Part shown: in pieces, positions 58,498 to 58,498 of the stretch
Layout of the letters: every line of letters starts with the position of its first letter
Numbering within the stretch: the stretch's first letter is position 1
Sequence record: SRR20825010_1483
Length of the DNA stretch: 58,498 nucleotides
Direction: 5' to 3' (one strand)
Made by a program: the position numbers and the translations under genes
Notes under the pieces: model-generated
What the model saw: the letters and a program-made list of their open reading frames with translations, nothing else
Database searches by the model: none
What the model was told of the DNA's origin: nothing

Positions 58498-58498
58498 T

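Noticed and set aside
1-58498. CRISPR array, tRNA/rRNA, integrase or transposase
   Set aside because: No regularly spaced repeat-spacer array, RNA-gene signature or recombinase motif was found by eye.

Overview
Bacteroidota chromosomal window. TAnnTTTG -7 promoter boxes and the gene repertoire suggest a Cytophagales/Roseivirga-like host (inference). The first ~12 kb, downstream of mnmE, is a defence-island-like region, all on the minus strand. It holds a GxxExxY nuclease gene inside ~45-bp inverted repeats, then a type I R-M operon (hsdM-X-hsdS-hsdR). X is a 1010-aa membrane KAP NTPase carrying a putative REase-like domain and two PUA/EVE-like modified-DNA-reader domains. Next is a four-gene toxin-antitoxin-chaperone (TAC)-like operon bracketed by direct repeats: an enlarged RelE/HigB-like toxin, an XRE antitoxin with a ChAD-like tail, a SecB-like chaperone, and a 55-aa MqsA-N-terminal-like ORF missing from the ORF track. 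The remaining ~46 kb is mostly core genome: mnmE, a membrane LytTR regulator, an Mn/Fe ABC operon with MntR and a permease-DtxR fusion, dapD, a nuclease, peptidases, accA, sufSU, ispG, hisGDC-hisB with a His-rich leader peptide, pabB, yceI and an HDAC. Candidate sRNAs and REP-like palindromes are also present. No tRNA, rRNA, CRISPR array, integrase or transposase was seen. All domain calls are by motif recognition, not database search.
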